A DNA stretch of 58,881 nucleotides from NCBI GenBank assembly GCA_944332485.1, contig CALVKB010000003.1:1-58881 (forward strand), read 5' to 3'. The notes below the pieces were generated by a model. It was not told where the DNA came from and searched no databases. It was given only the letters and a program-made list of their open reading frames with translations. Source of the DNA: an uncultured Bacilli bacterium. GTDB taxonomy: Bacteria > Bacillota_I > Bacilli_A > RFN20 > CAG-288. The position numbers and the translations under genes are program-made. Below, one piece after another: positions 9,630 through 18,917 of the stretch; the first letter of the stretch is position 1; every line of letters begins with the position of its first letter.

Positions 9630-12600
9630 AATTATCCTTCTTTTGAAATGGATCAACCAACTTGATTGGTTTAGTTGGTTTGTTAGGTTTGTTGGCAGGG
9701 TTGAACTTAGGTGTGATCGGTTTGACAAACTTGATCTTTTCAGCTTCAGCTTCTTGTTTTTGTTCAACTTTCTCGTCCTGTTTTTCAACTTTGACAACAT
9801 TGATAGGTTTGATAACTTTAACTTCTGGTTCAACTTCGTTTGTCTCTTCTTCAACTGTTGTATTCTTAAGATTGTCATAGAAGGCTTTTCTAGCTTTGTT
9901 GTACTCTCTTAAGTTATCGAAATCACTTGGAGTCTTATCAAACTTAGTTTGTTGTTTCTTATTAGCATGATGTTCCAAAGTTGAAACAACTTTAGCATCC
10001 TTAACGTAACCTTTCTTACGGAAGTCTTTTCTCTCTTCCTCCATACGTTTACGTTTCCACTCAGGGATTTCTTTTTGATTTTGGAAGGTTGGGTTAACAA
10101 CAGGATTGACCTTTGTAACACCCATCATAAAGGCTTCTTCTGGAGTTAAATCACCATCGTAAGTCTTGACTTTGAAACGTTTAAGATCAAATCTAACTTT
10201 CTTGAACTTGATAGGTTTGATATCTTTCGGTTTGCTTCTTTCGTCAATCTTATGCAACAATGTAACGTTGATAGGTTTGACTTCCTCTTCAGCTTGAGTC
10301 TCCTCTTGAATTGGTTCTTCAGCTACAGGTTGGACAACCTTGATTGGATTGATAGGAGCGACATTTGGACGTTTTTGCAAATTAGGATTGAAGTTGAGAG
10401 GTCCAACATGTTTGACATTTGTTTTAACACCTGTTGATGTGGTGATTTGTCTTTGTTCGATATCCTCCTCCAACAAAGGTTGACTGACAAGTTGATTGTC
10501 CTCAACTTCATCATCTGGATAACGATCTTCAAGTTCACCTTCTTCAATGATAGGTTCATAGCGAGGTCTAGATTCAAGGATGACTTCATCCATCATCTCT
10601 TCAACTTCTTCATCGATAGGTTCTTGAGAGATGATATTATTAATATCTTCATCAAGAGCTTCTACTTCCTCAAGTTCTGCTGTTTCAAGATTTTCTGAAG
10701 TAACTTCACTATCTTCAGACACTTGAGTATTTAATTCGTTGTTCTCAAGTTCATCATTGATATATGGATCAAATGAAAGTTGTTCTTCAACATACAAAGG
10801 TTCTTCAATTGCTCTTTGTTCGATGATAACTGGTTCACCGAGAGCTTCAACTTCCTCTTCAATCTCCTCAGCTTGAGCTAATAGATTATTGTTCTCTTCG
10901 TTAGATAAAACATCCTCTGATAATTGTTCAACTTCCTCCAAAGGTGCTAACTCTTCACTAACTTCAGCAGCACTTTCCTCTTGAGTAGGTTCATCAACTA
11001 TCTCATCACTTACTAAATTACTTGCTTCACTACTTAAGATAATATCATCACTTAGTTCTTCATGAGTATCAAGTTGTTCAACTTCCTCTAAAGGTACAAT
11101 CTCCTCTTCGTGGTCGCTGAATGTTGAACTTGTATCCAAAACTTCGCTTTGATTGTAGTAATTTTCCTCTTCTGAAGGTTGTTTTTCACTGAGAACTTCA
11201 TCATCCTCAACTAATGGATAAACTTCCTCTAAAGGTACAACATTCTCCAAAGGTTCTTGGATTTGTTGTCTATTTTGAAGTTCTTTCTCCAATTCCTTAT
11301 AACGTTCATCGAAGATAAGTTCATTGAACTTGTTCTCCTCATAATCATCAGGAGTTAAGAAGATATCTCTTTCAACATTGTTCAAATCAACATCGTGAAC
11401 GATAGGTCTTTCTCTAACTTCAGGAGTGTAATCTTCAAGAATCTCATCTGTTTGTTCTTCACTAAGTTCGTCTTGGACAAACTTATTATCTTCAACAACA
11501 CTTTCAGTTTGTGGTTCTTCAGTTATATTGACATAGTCTTCCTGTGGGAAGTCAAGAGCATCAACTGGGGTAAGAACAAATGGATTGACAGCGTTGAGTT
11601 TAAGGTAAATATCCTGGTAATCTGTTTGTTCAGTTGTCTGTTCAACAACATCAGTGATATTCTTCTCAACAATATCTTCCTTGGTGAGTAACTCATATGG
11701 AATATCTTTATCAAGTTGACGAACTGAACGGCCTTCTAATAAGAACCAATCATCCTCTCTTGTAGTCACATCCTCACTTACCAATTGATGGACAGGAGTT
11801 TCAAATAACTGCAATGTGACAGGGATATTCTCATCATAGACATCGGTCTTCTCATCGAAGAATGTGACTTTGGCGATCATATCTTCATCGATAGTGATGA
11901 TACCATCGAGATTTTGACGATCCAAAGTGCTTTGCTCATGTAAAGGTGAGAAATTAGCAATTGTGTAAATTTCTGGATTTTCAGATGGATAGGAGAAACT
12001 GTTTGTTTTCTTCACTTCACTTGCAACAAGATCATTGACAAGTTTCTCATCTTGAGTTTCCTCTTGTACCAAAGGAAGTGGTGTTTCAAGTAAACCGATT
12101 GAATTGACATCAGCTTCGGTGACAACTTCAGATGGATAGATAACAGTTTCTTGAACTTGTTCAGCTAAAGGTTCAACTTTCTCAGAGACAGCTTCATTGA
12201 CATTGGTTTGTCTGAACAATTCATCGTAAGAATCACTTAAGCGGTTCTTCTGATCATCAAGTTTGCAGATTGAATATATATCTGCTTGTGGTTGAGAGAT
12301 AAGTTCCTCCTGAACTGTGGTATTTTGAACTTTCTCGTAATCGACTTTTGTAATAGTGGTGTTTAAACCTGCTTCTTCGACATCTTTAAGATATCTGTGT
12401 TCGGCTTGAATAGCTCTTCTTTCAGCGTTAGGTTTTCTAAGTAACCATGAAACTCCACGCATCACAGCTGCGATCAAAAGAATTCCATTGAACAATATGA
12501 AGAACAAGAACAACATCTCAACTACCATATAGGAAGTCAATGGTTGACTGTTCATCACGTTTTCAAGCAACGCTTGTTGACCGAAATTACTTCCGAAGAT

Positions 12601-13560
12601 GAAATCAACACAGACATTAAGTTTGTCCAACCCTTGCATAATAGGGACAATCCAAACTCTCATGTAATCATTTGTGAAGAAGAAATCATATACACTGTTG
12701 TAAGTCTTGTAAACTCCATCAACTTCAGTAGTGAACATCCATCCAAACTTGACGATCAATATGAACAATGCCAAGACTGATAGAATGCCAACTACAACAC
12801 CGGTTGCGATATGGCGTGAATTTGTGTAATGTTTCCAAGAGAACTCATCGGCTAATTCCTCTTCGTTAAGAATAGGGATAATTTCACCGGATTTAGAAAT
12901 TGTGTACTCATCTTTAACTTGATTCTGCTCGACATCACGCAAATATTCATTTTTAGCTTTCTGAGCACGGGATTTTGCTTTGCTTTTTTCAGAAGCACGT
13001 AAGCAAAGGTGAACCAAACCGACAATAAGAACTTCGAGCAAGACAAGAACGATAACCAAGAAAATCGAACCTGCTAACATCATCGAATTGAAGTAAACAC
13101 CATTGAGCAATGGGTTAGAACCGATTTGGTTCTGTTCGAAACTACCGAATAAAGTTTTATCTATAGTATTGAAGAAACCAATTATGGAGTTGACAATATT
13201 GTTGGAGTAAATCTTACCTAAGACTGAAGCATCATCTCCGTTTGGATAGAAGTATCCCAAGAATCTAAAAACGAAAACTAATGCGAAGATAACGGCAAGA
13301 ATAACACCGAAAATCAACAATCCACTACCACGATGTTCACGGTAATTTTTGTAATCGAATTTTTGAACAATCTCATCTGCTGTTAAAACTGGAACTTTGT
13401 TACCATTGACGGTTCCAGCGTAACTTCTTTCGACAATTGTAGTTGTAGGTACTACCTCTGTAGTTGTAGTTGTCGTAACGACTTTGTTTCCATCAACAAC
13501 ACTATGTTGTTCTACTAAGTCTTTGTTGGACAACTCTTGGTTTTTTGGTTTCTTGCTCAT
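9628..13560 (-). CDS. giant membrane-anchored protein of unknown function (4 TM, long acidic tract, basic KPI-repeat tail)
   Basis: Uninterrupted 1310-codon ORF with AAGGAG 8 nt upstream of ATG 13560. Four hydrophobic helices lie within aa 80-375. I recognised no characterised family. Confidence 0.85.
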   Translation of the reverse strand: MSKKPKNQELSNKDLVEQHSVVDGNKVVTTTTTTEVVPTTTIVERSYAGTVNGNKVPVLTADEIVQKFDYKNYREHRGSGLLIFGVILAVIFALVFVFRFLGYFYPNGDDASVLGKIYSNNIVNSIIGFFNTIDKTLFGSFEQNQIGSNPLLNGVYFNSMMLAGSIFLVIVLVLLEVLIVGLVHLCLRASEKSKAKSRAQKAKNEYLRDVEQNQVKDEYTISKSGEIIPILNEEELADEFSWKHYTNSRHIATGVVVGILSVLALFILIVKFGWMFTTEVDGVYKTYNSVYDFFFTNDYMRVWIVPIMQGLDKLNVCVDFIFGSNFGQQALLENVMNSQPLTSYMVVEMLFLFFILFNGILLIAAVMRGVSWLLRKPNAERRAIQAEHRYLKDVEEAGLNTTITKVDYEKVQNTTVQEELISQPQADIYSICKLDDQKNRLSDSYDELFRQTNVNEAVSEKVEPLAEQVQETVIYPSEVVTEADVNSIGLLETPLPLVQEETQDEKLVNDLVASEVKKTNSFSYPSENPEIYTIANFSPLHEQSTLDRQNLDGIITIDEDMIAKVTFFDEKTDVYDENIPVTLQLFETPVHQLVSEDVTTREDDWFLLEGRSVRQLDKDIPYELLTKEDIVEKNITDVVEQTTEQTDYQDIYLKLNAVNPFVLTPVDALDFPQEDYVNITEEPQTESVVEDNKFVQDELSEEQTDEILEDYTPEVRERPIVHDVDLNNVERDIFLTPDDYEENKFNELIFDERYKELEKELQNRQQIQEPLENVVPLEEVYPLVEDDEVLSEKQPSEEENYYNQSEVLDTSSTFSDHEEEIVPLEEVEQLDTHEELSDDIILSSEASNLVSDEIVDEPTQEESAAEVSEELAPLEEVEQLSEDVLSNEENNNLLAQAEEIEEEVEALGEPVIIEQRAIEEPLYVEEQLSFDPYINDELENNELNTQVSEDSEVTSENLETAELEEVEALDEDINNIISQEPIDEEVEEMMDEVILESRPRYEPIIEEGELEDRYPDDEVEDNQLVSQPLLEEDIEQRQITTSTGVKTNVKHVGPLNFNPNLQKRPNVAPINPIKVVQPVAEEPIQEETQAEEEVKPINVTLLHKIDERSKPKDIKPIKFKKVRFDLKRFKVKTYDGDLTPEEAFMMGVTKVNPVVNPTFQNQKEIPEWKRKRMEEERKDFRKKGYVKDAKVVSTLEHHANKKQQTKFDKTPSDFDNLREYNKARKAFYDNLKNTTVEEETNEVEPEVKVIKPINVVKVEKQDEKVEQKQEAEAEKIKFVKPITPKFNPANKPNKPTKPIKLVDPFQKKDN

Positions 13561-13921
13561 AAGACTATCTCCTTAATTGCATATTAAATAGACTTAAAAA
13601 ATAAGTTATGTATATAACTTAATAAGTAGTATATAAAAAATAATTAGAATAAACAACTTTAATTATTTTTTGCTGGTCAACATATGGCTCATTTTGTAAA
13701 AAAACAGCACATTTTTTTGCTTTTAAAAATATCTAAAACTGCTATTTAATATGCATTAAAAAGATAGTATTTAACTAAAACATTTTTAATATTTATAAAA
13801 AGTTGTTTTTAAAAATTTAATTATTTTGCTTTTCTTGTTAATTTATTTAGTTATTTATATAAATTATATTAAATTAATGAATATCAATAAAAATCTATTA
13901 TTAATATGACTTCAAGACATT

Positions 13922-13945
13922 AAAAAAAGTGGTCGATTCGACCAC
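13922..13945 (-). terminator. rho-independent terminator of the opp operon
   Basis: Stem GTGGTCG / CGACCAC (13929-13935 / 13939-13945) with loop ATT. On the minus strand it is followed by T7 (plus-strand A run 13922-13928). It lies 23 nt after the oppF stop. Confidence 0.75.
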
Positions 13946-13967
13946 TTATTATCAATATATAATTTAA

Positions 13968-14948
13968 TTATTTACTTTGATGTTTTTTGTAATATTCCTC
14001 AGCCTTGCTGCGGTAGATATGTTCCTCTTCTGGAAGACAACGTACGAAATGATCCTTGTAAACTTCAAATAATTTTGTCTTTGTAGGATCTGTTGTATTT
14101 TGATAAATACGAACTTGTTTGTTCTTTTCAATATGTGGATCTGGAATTGGAATAGCAGTTAACAAAGCTTGAGTGTAAGGGTGCAATGGTAATTCGAAAA
14201 GATGATCCGAAGAAGCGACTTCGACAATTTGACCTTGATAAATAACTGCGATTCTATCGGAGATATATTTAACAACAGAAAGATCGTGTGCGATGAACAA
14301 AACTGTCATATTTTTCTCTCTTCTAAAATCGGAGATCAAATTAAGAATCTGCGCACGGATGGAAACGTCCAAGGCTGAGATAGGTTCATCGGCGATGATC
14401 ATCTCCGGGTTCATAACTATACTTCTTGCGATACCGATTCTCTGACGTTGACCACCGGAGAATTCGTGAGGGAATCTTTTCAAATGTTCCGGACGTAAAC
14501 CGACTCTGACGATAATATCACTGACTTTTTGCAATCTTTCCTTTTCATTTTTGTACATGTGGAAAGCTCTCAAACCTTCAGAGACTATATAGTCAACATT
14601 AGCTCTTTCATTCAAACTGGCTGATGGATCTTGATAGATCATCTGGATCTTTGTTTTCAATTCTCTATCCAAGGAATAAGGAATTTTACCGTTTATCTGA
14701 ACTCCGTTGTACAAAATAGAACCGGAGATTGTTGGGATGATTCTAGCGATAGCACGACCTATTGTTGTTTTACCAGAACCAGATTCACCAACCAAACCGA
14801 GAATCTCACCACGCTTGATATTCAAATTCAAATCATCGATAACAACTCTCATTTGAGTTCCAGATTTGAATCCGATTCTCACGTGTTTCAACTCGATAAT
14901 ATTATCCTCTTGTGGGGAAACTTTAACGTTTTCTTTTTCAACTGACAT
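13968..14948 (-). CDS. oppF: oligopeptide ABC transporter ATP-binding protein OppF
   Basis: Walker A GESGSGKTT, signature FSGGQRQR, Walker B IIADEP. The C-terminal oligopeptide-ABC extension (HPYTQALL) is present. Confidence 0.9.
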   Translation of the reverse strand: MSVEKENVKVSPQEDNIIELKHVRIGFKSGTQMRVVIDDLNLNIKRGEILGLVGESGSGKTTIGRAIARIIPTISGSILYNGVQINGKIPYSLDRELKTKIQMIYQDPSASLNERANVDYIVSEGLRAFHMYKNEKERLQKVSDIIVRVGLRPEHLKRFPHEFSGGQRQRIGIARSIVMNPEMIIADEPISALDVSIRAQILNLISDFRREKNMTVLFIAHDLSVVKYISDRIAVIYQGQIVEVASSDHLFELPLHPYTQALLTAIPIPDPHIEKNKQVRIYQNTTDPTKTKLFEVYKDHFVRCLPEEEHIYRSKAEEYYKKHQSK

Positions 14949-17930
14949 TTAATTTTCCTCCTTTTGAGTAGCTAAGAATTCCTTGGCGGTTTCCTGCATT
15001 CTTGATTCGAGATTTCTGATGATCAAAGGTTTCTTAACTTTAGGGGCACGTTTGTCCAAAAGCCAAGTCTTAGCAAAGTGAGTTTCACTGACTTTGAACA
15101 TCTCAGGTTCCATGATAAAATCGATCTTCATAGCATAATTTGATCTTGGAGCAAATGAATCACCTTGAATTTCCTTGTTGAATGATGGTGGGTTACCTTT
15201 GATGTATGTCAAAGGTTCATCAGGAACTGCTAACTGTGGCAAACTTGACAACAAAGCCCATGTATATGGATGTAATGGACGATAGAAGATATCCTCATCT
15301 GTACCATATTCGACAATTTGACCACCGTACATAACACCGATTCTATCAGCAACACCAGCGACAACACCTAAGTCATGGGTGATAAAAACGATTGTAAAAT
15401 GGTAATCTTTCTGCAATTCTTTGATCAAATCGAGAATTTGAGATTGAACAGTGACGTCCAAAGCGGTTGTAGGTTCATCACAGATCAAAATATCTGGACG
15501 ACAAGCTAATGCGATAGCAATAACAACTCTTTGTCTCATACCACCTGAATATTGGAATGGGTATTCTTTATAACGTTTTTCAGGTTCAGGAATCTTAACC
15601 TTAGTTAAAAGTGAAAGAGCCTCTTTCTTAGCTTCAACTTTGGAAAGATTATGGTGAATTCTTAAAACTTCACTGATCTGTTCACCGATTGAAATCAAAG
15701 GATTCAATGATGTCATAGGATCTTGGAAAATGGTTGCAATACGGCTACCTCTGATCATGGACCATTCTTTGTTGGTCTTGAACTTAGCTAAATCAACTGT
15801 ATCACCGTTGATAACTCCCCGGCGTTTCAAAGATTCAACCAAATCATCGGAGTGAGGGTTATTAACCAATTTTGATTCTTCGATCTTGACATCAACATTG
15901 CACAAATTCTTAACATCAAATATGAATTTGTCCAAATTGATGATGACGTTAGCATTGGAAATATCACTTGTTTCAATCTCATGGATGATCTTCTCAGTTG
16001 ACATCTCAATTTGTTGATTCAAATAGGAAACCTTACTGGTTCTTTCAGTTTCAAGCAATTCCAAACGAGTTTCATATGTTGGAAGTTTTTGATCCAACAT
16101 CTTGATTCTCGCATCGATATCCTTGTTGACTTTCAAAACATTCTGTTGAGCTTTGTTGATATCTTGAACATATCTAAGCAAACTTGGATTGATAACTTTA
16201 GCGTATTTTTTAAATCTCTCGATATCGTGAGCTTGGAAACTGTTCAATAATTCACTCTTATATTGTTCAGTGTTGGAGAGATATTTCTTTCTCAAAGTGT
16301 ACAATTCAATAAGTTTAAGTTTAGCTTGCAAAATGTACATAAGATCATCGTTTGTAAATGAACTCATGAATTTTCTCTCTTCAGCGTTGAACAATTTTGT
16401 ATCAAGATACGGTTTGTTTTGTAAACATCTTTCAGTTAACATTTTGTTCAATTCTTCTGAGATTGTTTCTGATTGTTTATCCAATGTTTTTGTTAATGAT
16501 TCGATGGAACTTTGTATCTCTTTATAGCGTTTTGAATTGACTTCTTTGTTGCTGTTTAAAAATTCTTTGTACAAGTTGAGATTCTCTTGTTTATCCTTAT
16601 CAGCTTTGCTCATGAAATACTTCTGCAAATTTGAGCTTCTACGGATCAAGTAATCTTCAATTTTGTTCAAAACATTGTAATAAATGTCCAAATACTCAGT
16701 GTAAATGTTGACTAACAACATGTAGTTATTCAAAGCTTTGGCGTGAGTTTGAAGGGTTCTTTCAACTTCAATAGGGCGTTTTGTGACAAATTCAACAACT
16801 TTAGTGTAGATATTATTCTCCATCACTTTGTAGTGTTTTTGCAAAGTCTTGACAGTTGTTAATAAACAATTAAGTAAAACTTTAACAACATCTTCAGAGA
16901 TGAATTGTTCACCACTTTCATTGACAGCTTTGAAAATATCACTTAAAAGAGCGTTGGACTCTTCTGGAGTATTGCACAAACTTTGATTGTAATTACTGAC
17001 TTTAGTTTGAACATTTGTCAAATATAATTTGAAATCATTTTGCAATGTTTTTTCAACTTGCTCTGGATTTGTCTTTAAGTTTCTTATAAAAGCACTGATC
17101 TCTTCTATGTTATTCTCTAAAGTTGTGTAAAGTTTTCCATGCTTAAAACTATCTAAATTTTCGGTGATGATAGCTTTAAGTTCATCACTTCCGAAATACA
17201 ACTCATGACTTCTCATAAGCTTATCAACTTTATGAGAGTATTTAGAAACTAATTTTTGCTTCTTCAAAGAGGATTTTGATTTTCTATTTAAAGAGCGGTT
17301 GATCATATCAGTGTAATATAAATCATAGAAAAGCTTCTTCTCATCGCAAGTTTTTTGTAATGCTGTTTGCTTATCTAAAACCAACTTATCAAAATCAACC
17401 TTGTTCTTCTCTTTGATCAACTTGTTGATGATCTTACTATCCTGTTTTTTCTTCTCAGCGATAGTTTTTTCGTTGACTTGTTCTGTACTTCTGGATTTGA
17501 ACAAAGTTAAGATATTCTTACGAGTATCCTCTTTCTTAAAAAGACGTTTGGTTACTTTAGGATCGTGAATACTGACGCCGTTCAAATAGATATGACCTTG
17601 TTTAATCTTGCTGTTTGAATCGTTCATTCCGTTCAAACATTTGGTGAAAACAGATTTACCAGAACCAGATTCACCGACAATAGCGAAGGTCTCACCACGT
17701 TTAATATCCAATGAAATTCCACGGATAACATGGTTATCATGTCCGTGAGTTTTGAAATAAACATGCAAGTTTTTGATAGAAAGAACAGTATCTGATTTGT
17801 GCTCTTGCTGTTTTTTCGGTTTCAAAGATTTGTCGATATCCAAATCTATATTGATATTATCAAGTATCGATTTATCGGTATTTTCAACAACTTGATTTAT
17901 CTTTTCAAGAGTAATATTGTATTTTTTCAT
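14949..17930 (-). CDS. oppD: oligopeptide ABC transporter ATP-binding protein OppD with ~590-aa insertion
   Basis: Walker A GESGSGKSV is at aa 87-95. The remainder of the NBD appears only from aa ~723: IATIFQDPMTSLNP, YSGGMRQR, ILICDEPTTALD, ITHDLGV, HPYTWALL. GGAGGG SD precedes the start. Confidence 0.85.
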   Translation of the reverse strand: MKKYNITLEKINQVVENTDKSILDNINIDLDIDKSLKPKKQQEHKSDTVLSIKNLHVYFKTHGHDNHVIRGISLDIKRGETFAIVGESGSGKSVFTKCLNGMNDSNSKIKQGHIYLNGVSIHDPKVTKRLFKKEDTRKNILTLFKSRSTEQVNEKTIAEKKKQDSKIINKLIKEKNKVDFDKLVLDKQTALQKTCDEKKLFYDLYYTDMINRSLNRKSKSSLKKQKLVSKYSHKVDKLMRSHELYFGSDELKAIITENLDSFKHGKLYTTLENNIEEISAFIRNLKTNPEQVEKTLQNDFKLYLTNVQTKVSNYNQSLCNTPEESNALLSDIFKAVNESGEQFISEDVVKVLLNCLLTTVKTLQKHYKVMENNIYTKVVEFVTKRPIEVERTLQTHAKALNNYMLLVNIYTEYLDIYYNVLNKIEDYLIRRSSNLQKYFMSKADKDKQENLNLYKEFLNSNKEVNSKRYKEIQSSIESLTKTLDKQSETISEELNKMLTERCLQNKPYLDTKLFNAEERKFMSSFTNDDLMYILQAKLKLIELYTLRKKYLSNTEQYKSELLNSFQAHDIERFKKYAKVINPSLLRYVQDINKAQQNVLKVNKDIDARIKMLDQKLPTYETRLELLETERTSKVSYLNQQIEMSTEKIIHEIETSDISNANVIINLDKFIFDVKNLCNVDVKIEESKLVNNPHSDDLVESLKRRGVINGDTVDLAKFKTNKEWSMIRGSRIATIFQDPMTSLNPLISIGEQISEVLRIHHNLSKVEAKKEALSLLTKVKIPEPEKRYKEYPFQYSGGMRQRVVIAIALACRPDILICDEPTTALDVTVQSQILDLIKELQKDYHFTIVFITHDLGVVAGVADRIGVMYGGQIVEYGTDEDIFYRPLHPYTWALLSSLPQLAVPDEPLTYIKGNPPSFNKEIQGDSFAPRSNYAMKIDFIMEPEMFKVSETHFAKTWLLDKRAPKVKKPLIIRNLESRMQETAKEFLATQKEEN

Positions 17931-17941
17931 ATACTACCCTC

Positions 17942-18907
17942 CTATCTGTGTGATTTCGGATCCGAAGCATCTGCCATCGCAAATCCGATGTAATAGAACG
18001 TCACCGTGATCAAAATAGTAACTAATGCCGGCAACATAACAATATGTGGCGAAACTGTCCAGTTAGCATCAGCAGCACCGTTGTTGATAACCTGACCTAA
18101 GGTTGGACGGGAAACAGATGATAATGACAATCCGAAGAAGGAAAGTGAAACTTCACCATCGATAGCAGCTGGAATGCTGTTTGCTAACAAAATGACGATA
18201 ATAGAGATCAATTGTGGTAACAAATTGTGTAAAATCATGTTGTGAGGTTTACTTCCTAAAGTACGGGAAGCGACGTTAAAATCACGGTTACGGATGATGA
18301 TGATCTGGTTACGGATCATCGAAGCTAAACCTAACCATCCGAATATTGTCATAACTAAAACAATAGCCCAGAACGCATCCATTCCCGACATCAAAAACGT
18401 CTTCATAAACATCATGTTGAGCAACAATGATGGAATATTTGTCAAAAAGTTTCTAATTTCAATTAAGATTGGGTCAAGTTTAGGGAAGAAACCCCAAATA
18501 GAACCTATGAACAAACCTAAAACGGCATTGATAACAGAGACGATGATAGCTAACAATAAGCTTATCTTTGCACCGGACCAAGTCAATGTCCATAAATCAT
18601 TACCATCTTTGTTACAACCGAACCAGTGCTCAGCACTTGGAGCAGCATATTTCAAATTGAGATTCGGAATATTTGGATCATAATAACACCAGAAATTACC
18701 GAATATTGTGAAAAACACAACCACAGCTAATATTCCTAAACATATCCAAACCACTTTATTTTTCATCAATACTTTGAAAACTTCTCTCCAATATGAATAA
18801 GGAGCGGTATCCAATGAGTCGATACTTTCCTCTTGAACACCGATAATGGTGAAAAGTTCCTCATCGTTTGTCTTGATAAAATTATCATTAACTTTGATAT
18901 CTGTCAT
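17942..18907 (-). CDS. oppC: oligopeptide ABC transporter permease OppC
   Basis: Multi-TM binding-protein-dependent permease in the expected operon position. Start is set at ATG 18907 (AAGGAGG 6 nt upstream) rather than the track start 18931, which overlaps oppB. Confidence 0.85.
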   Translation of the reverse strand: MTDIKVNDNFIKTNDEELFTIIGVQEESIDSLDTAPYSYWREVFKVLMKNKVVWICLGILAVVVFFTIFGNFWCYYDPNIPNLNLKYAAPSAEHWFGCNKDGNDLWTLTWSGAKISLLLAIIVSVINAVLGLFIGSIWGFFPKLDPILIEIRNFLTNIPSLLLNMMFMKTFLMSGMDAFWAIVLVMTIFGWLGLASMIRNQIIIIRNRDFNVASRTLGSKPHNMILHNLLPQLISIIVILLANSIPAAIDGEVSLSFFGLSLSSVSRPTLGQVINNGAADANWTVSPHIVMLPALVTILITVTFYYIGFAMADASDPKSHR

Positions 18908-18917
18908 GGCAACCTCC

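Noticed and set aside
9604-9912. Plus-strand ORFs (9604-9912, 9662-9880, 10252-10437, 10447-10698, 11395-11691, 12544-12780) and minus-strand off-frame ORFs inside the giant gene.
   Set aside because: They lie entirely within or antisense to a 1310-codon ORF with repetitive, compositionally biased sequence. Their translations are low-complexity (Phe/Leu/Ser-rich) mirror images, and they have no SD or independent signals.
13561-13967. The 407-nt and 373-nt (30340-30712) AT-rich intergenic regions as possible ncRNA genes, CRISPR leaders or arrays.
   Set aside because: I found no direct repeats with regular spacing, no conserved RNA motifs that I recognise, and only short AT-only palindromes (for example AAGTTAT-GTAT-ATAACTT at 13603-13620 and ACATTTTTAAAAATGT at 30567-30582). 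Such palindromes are expected by chance in AT-rich promoter regions.
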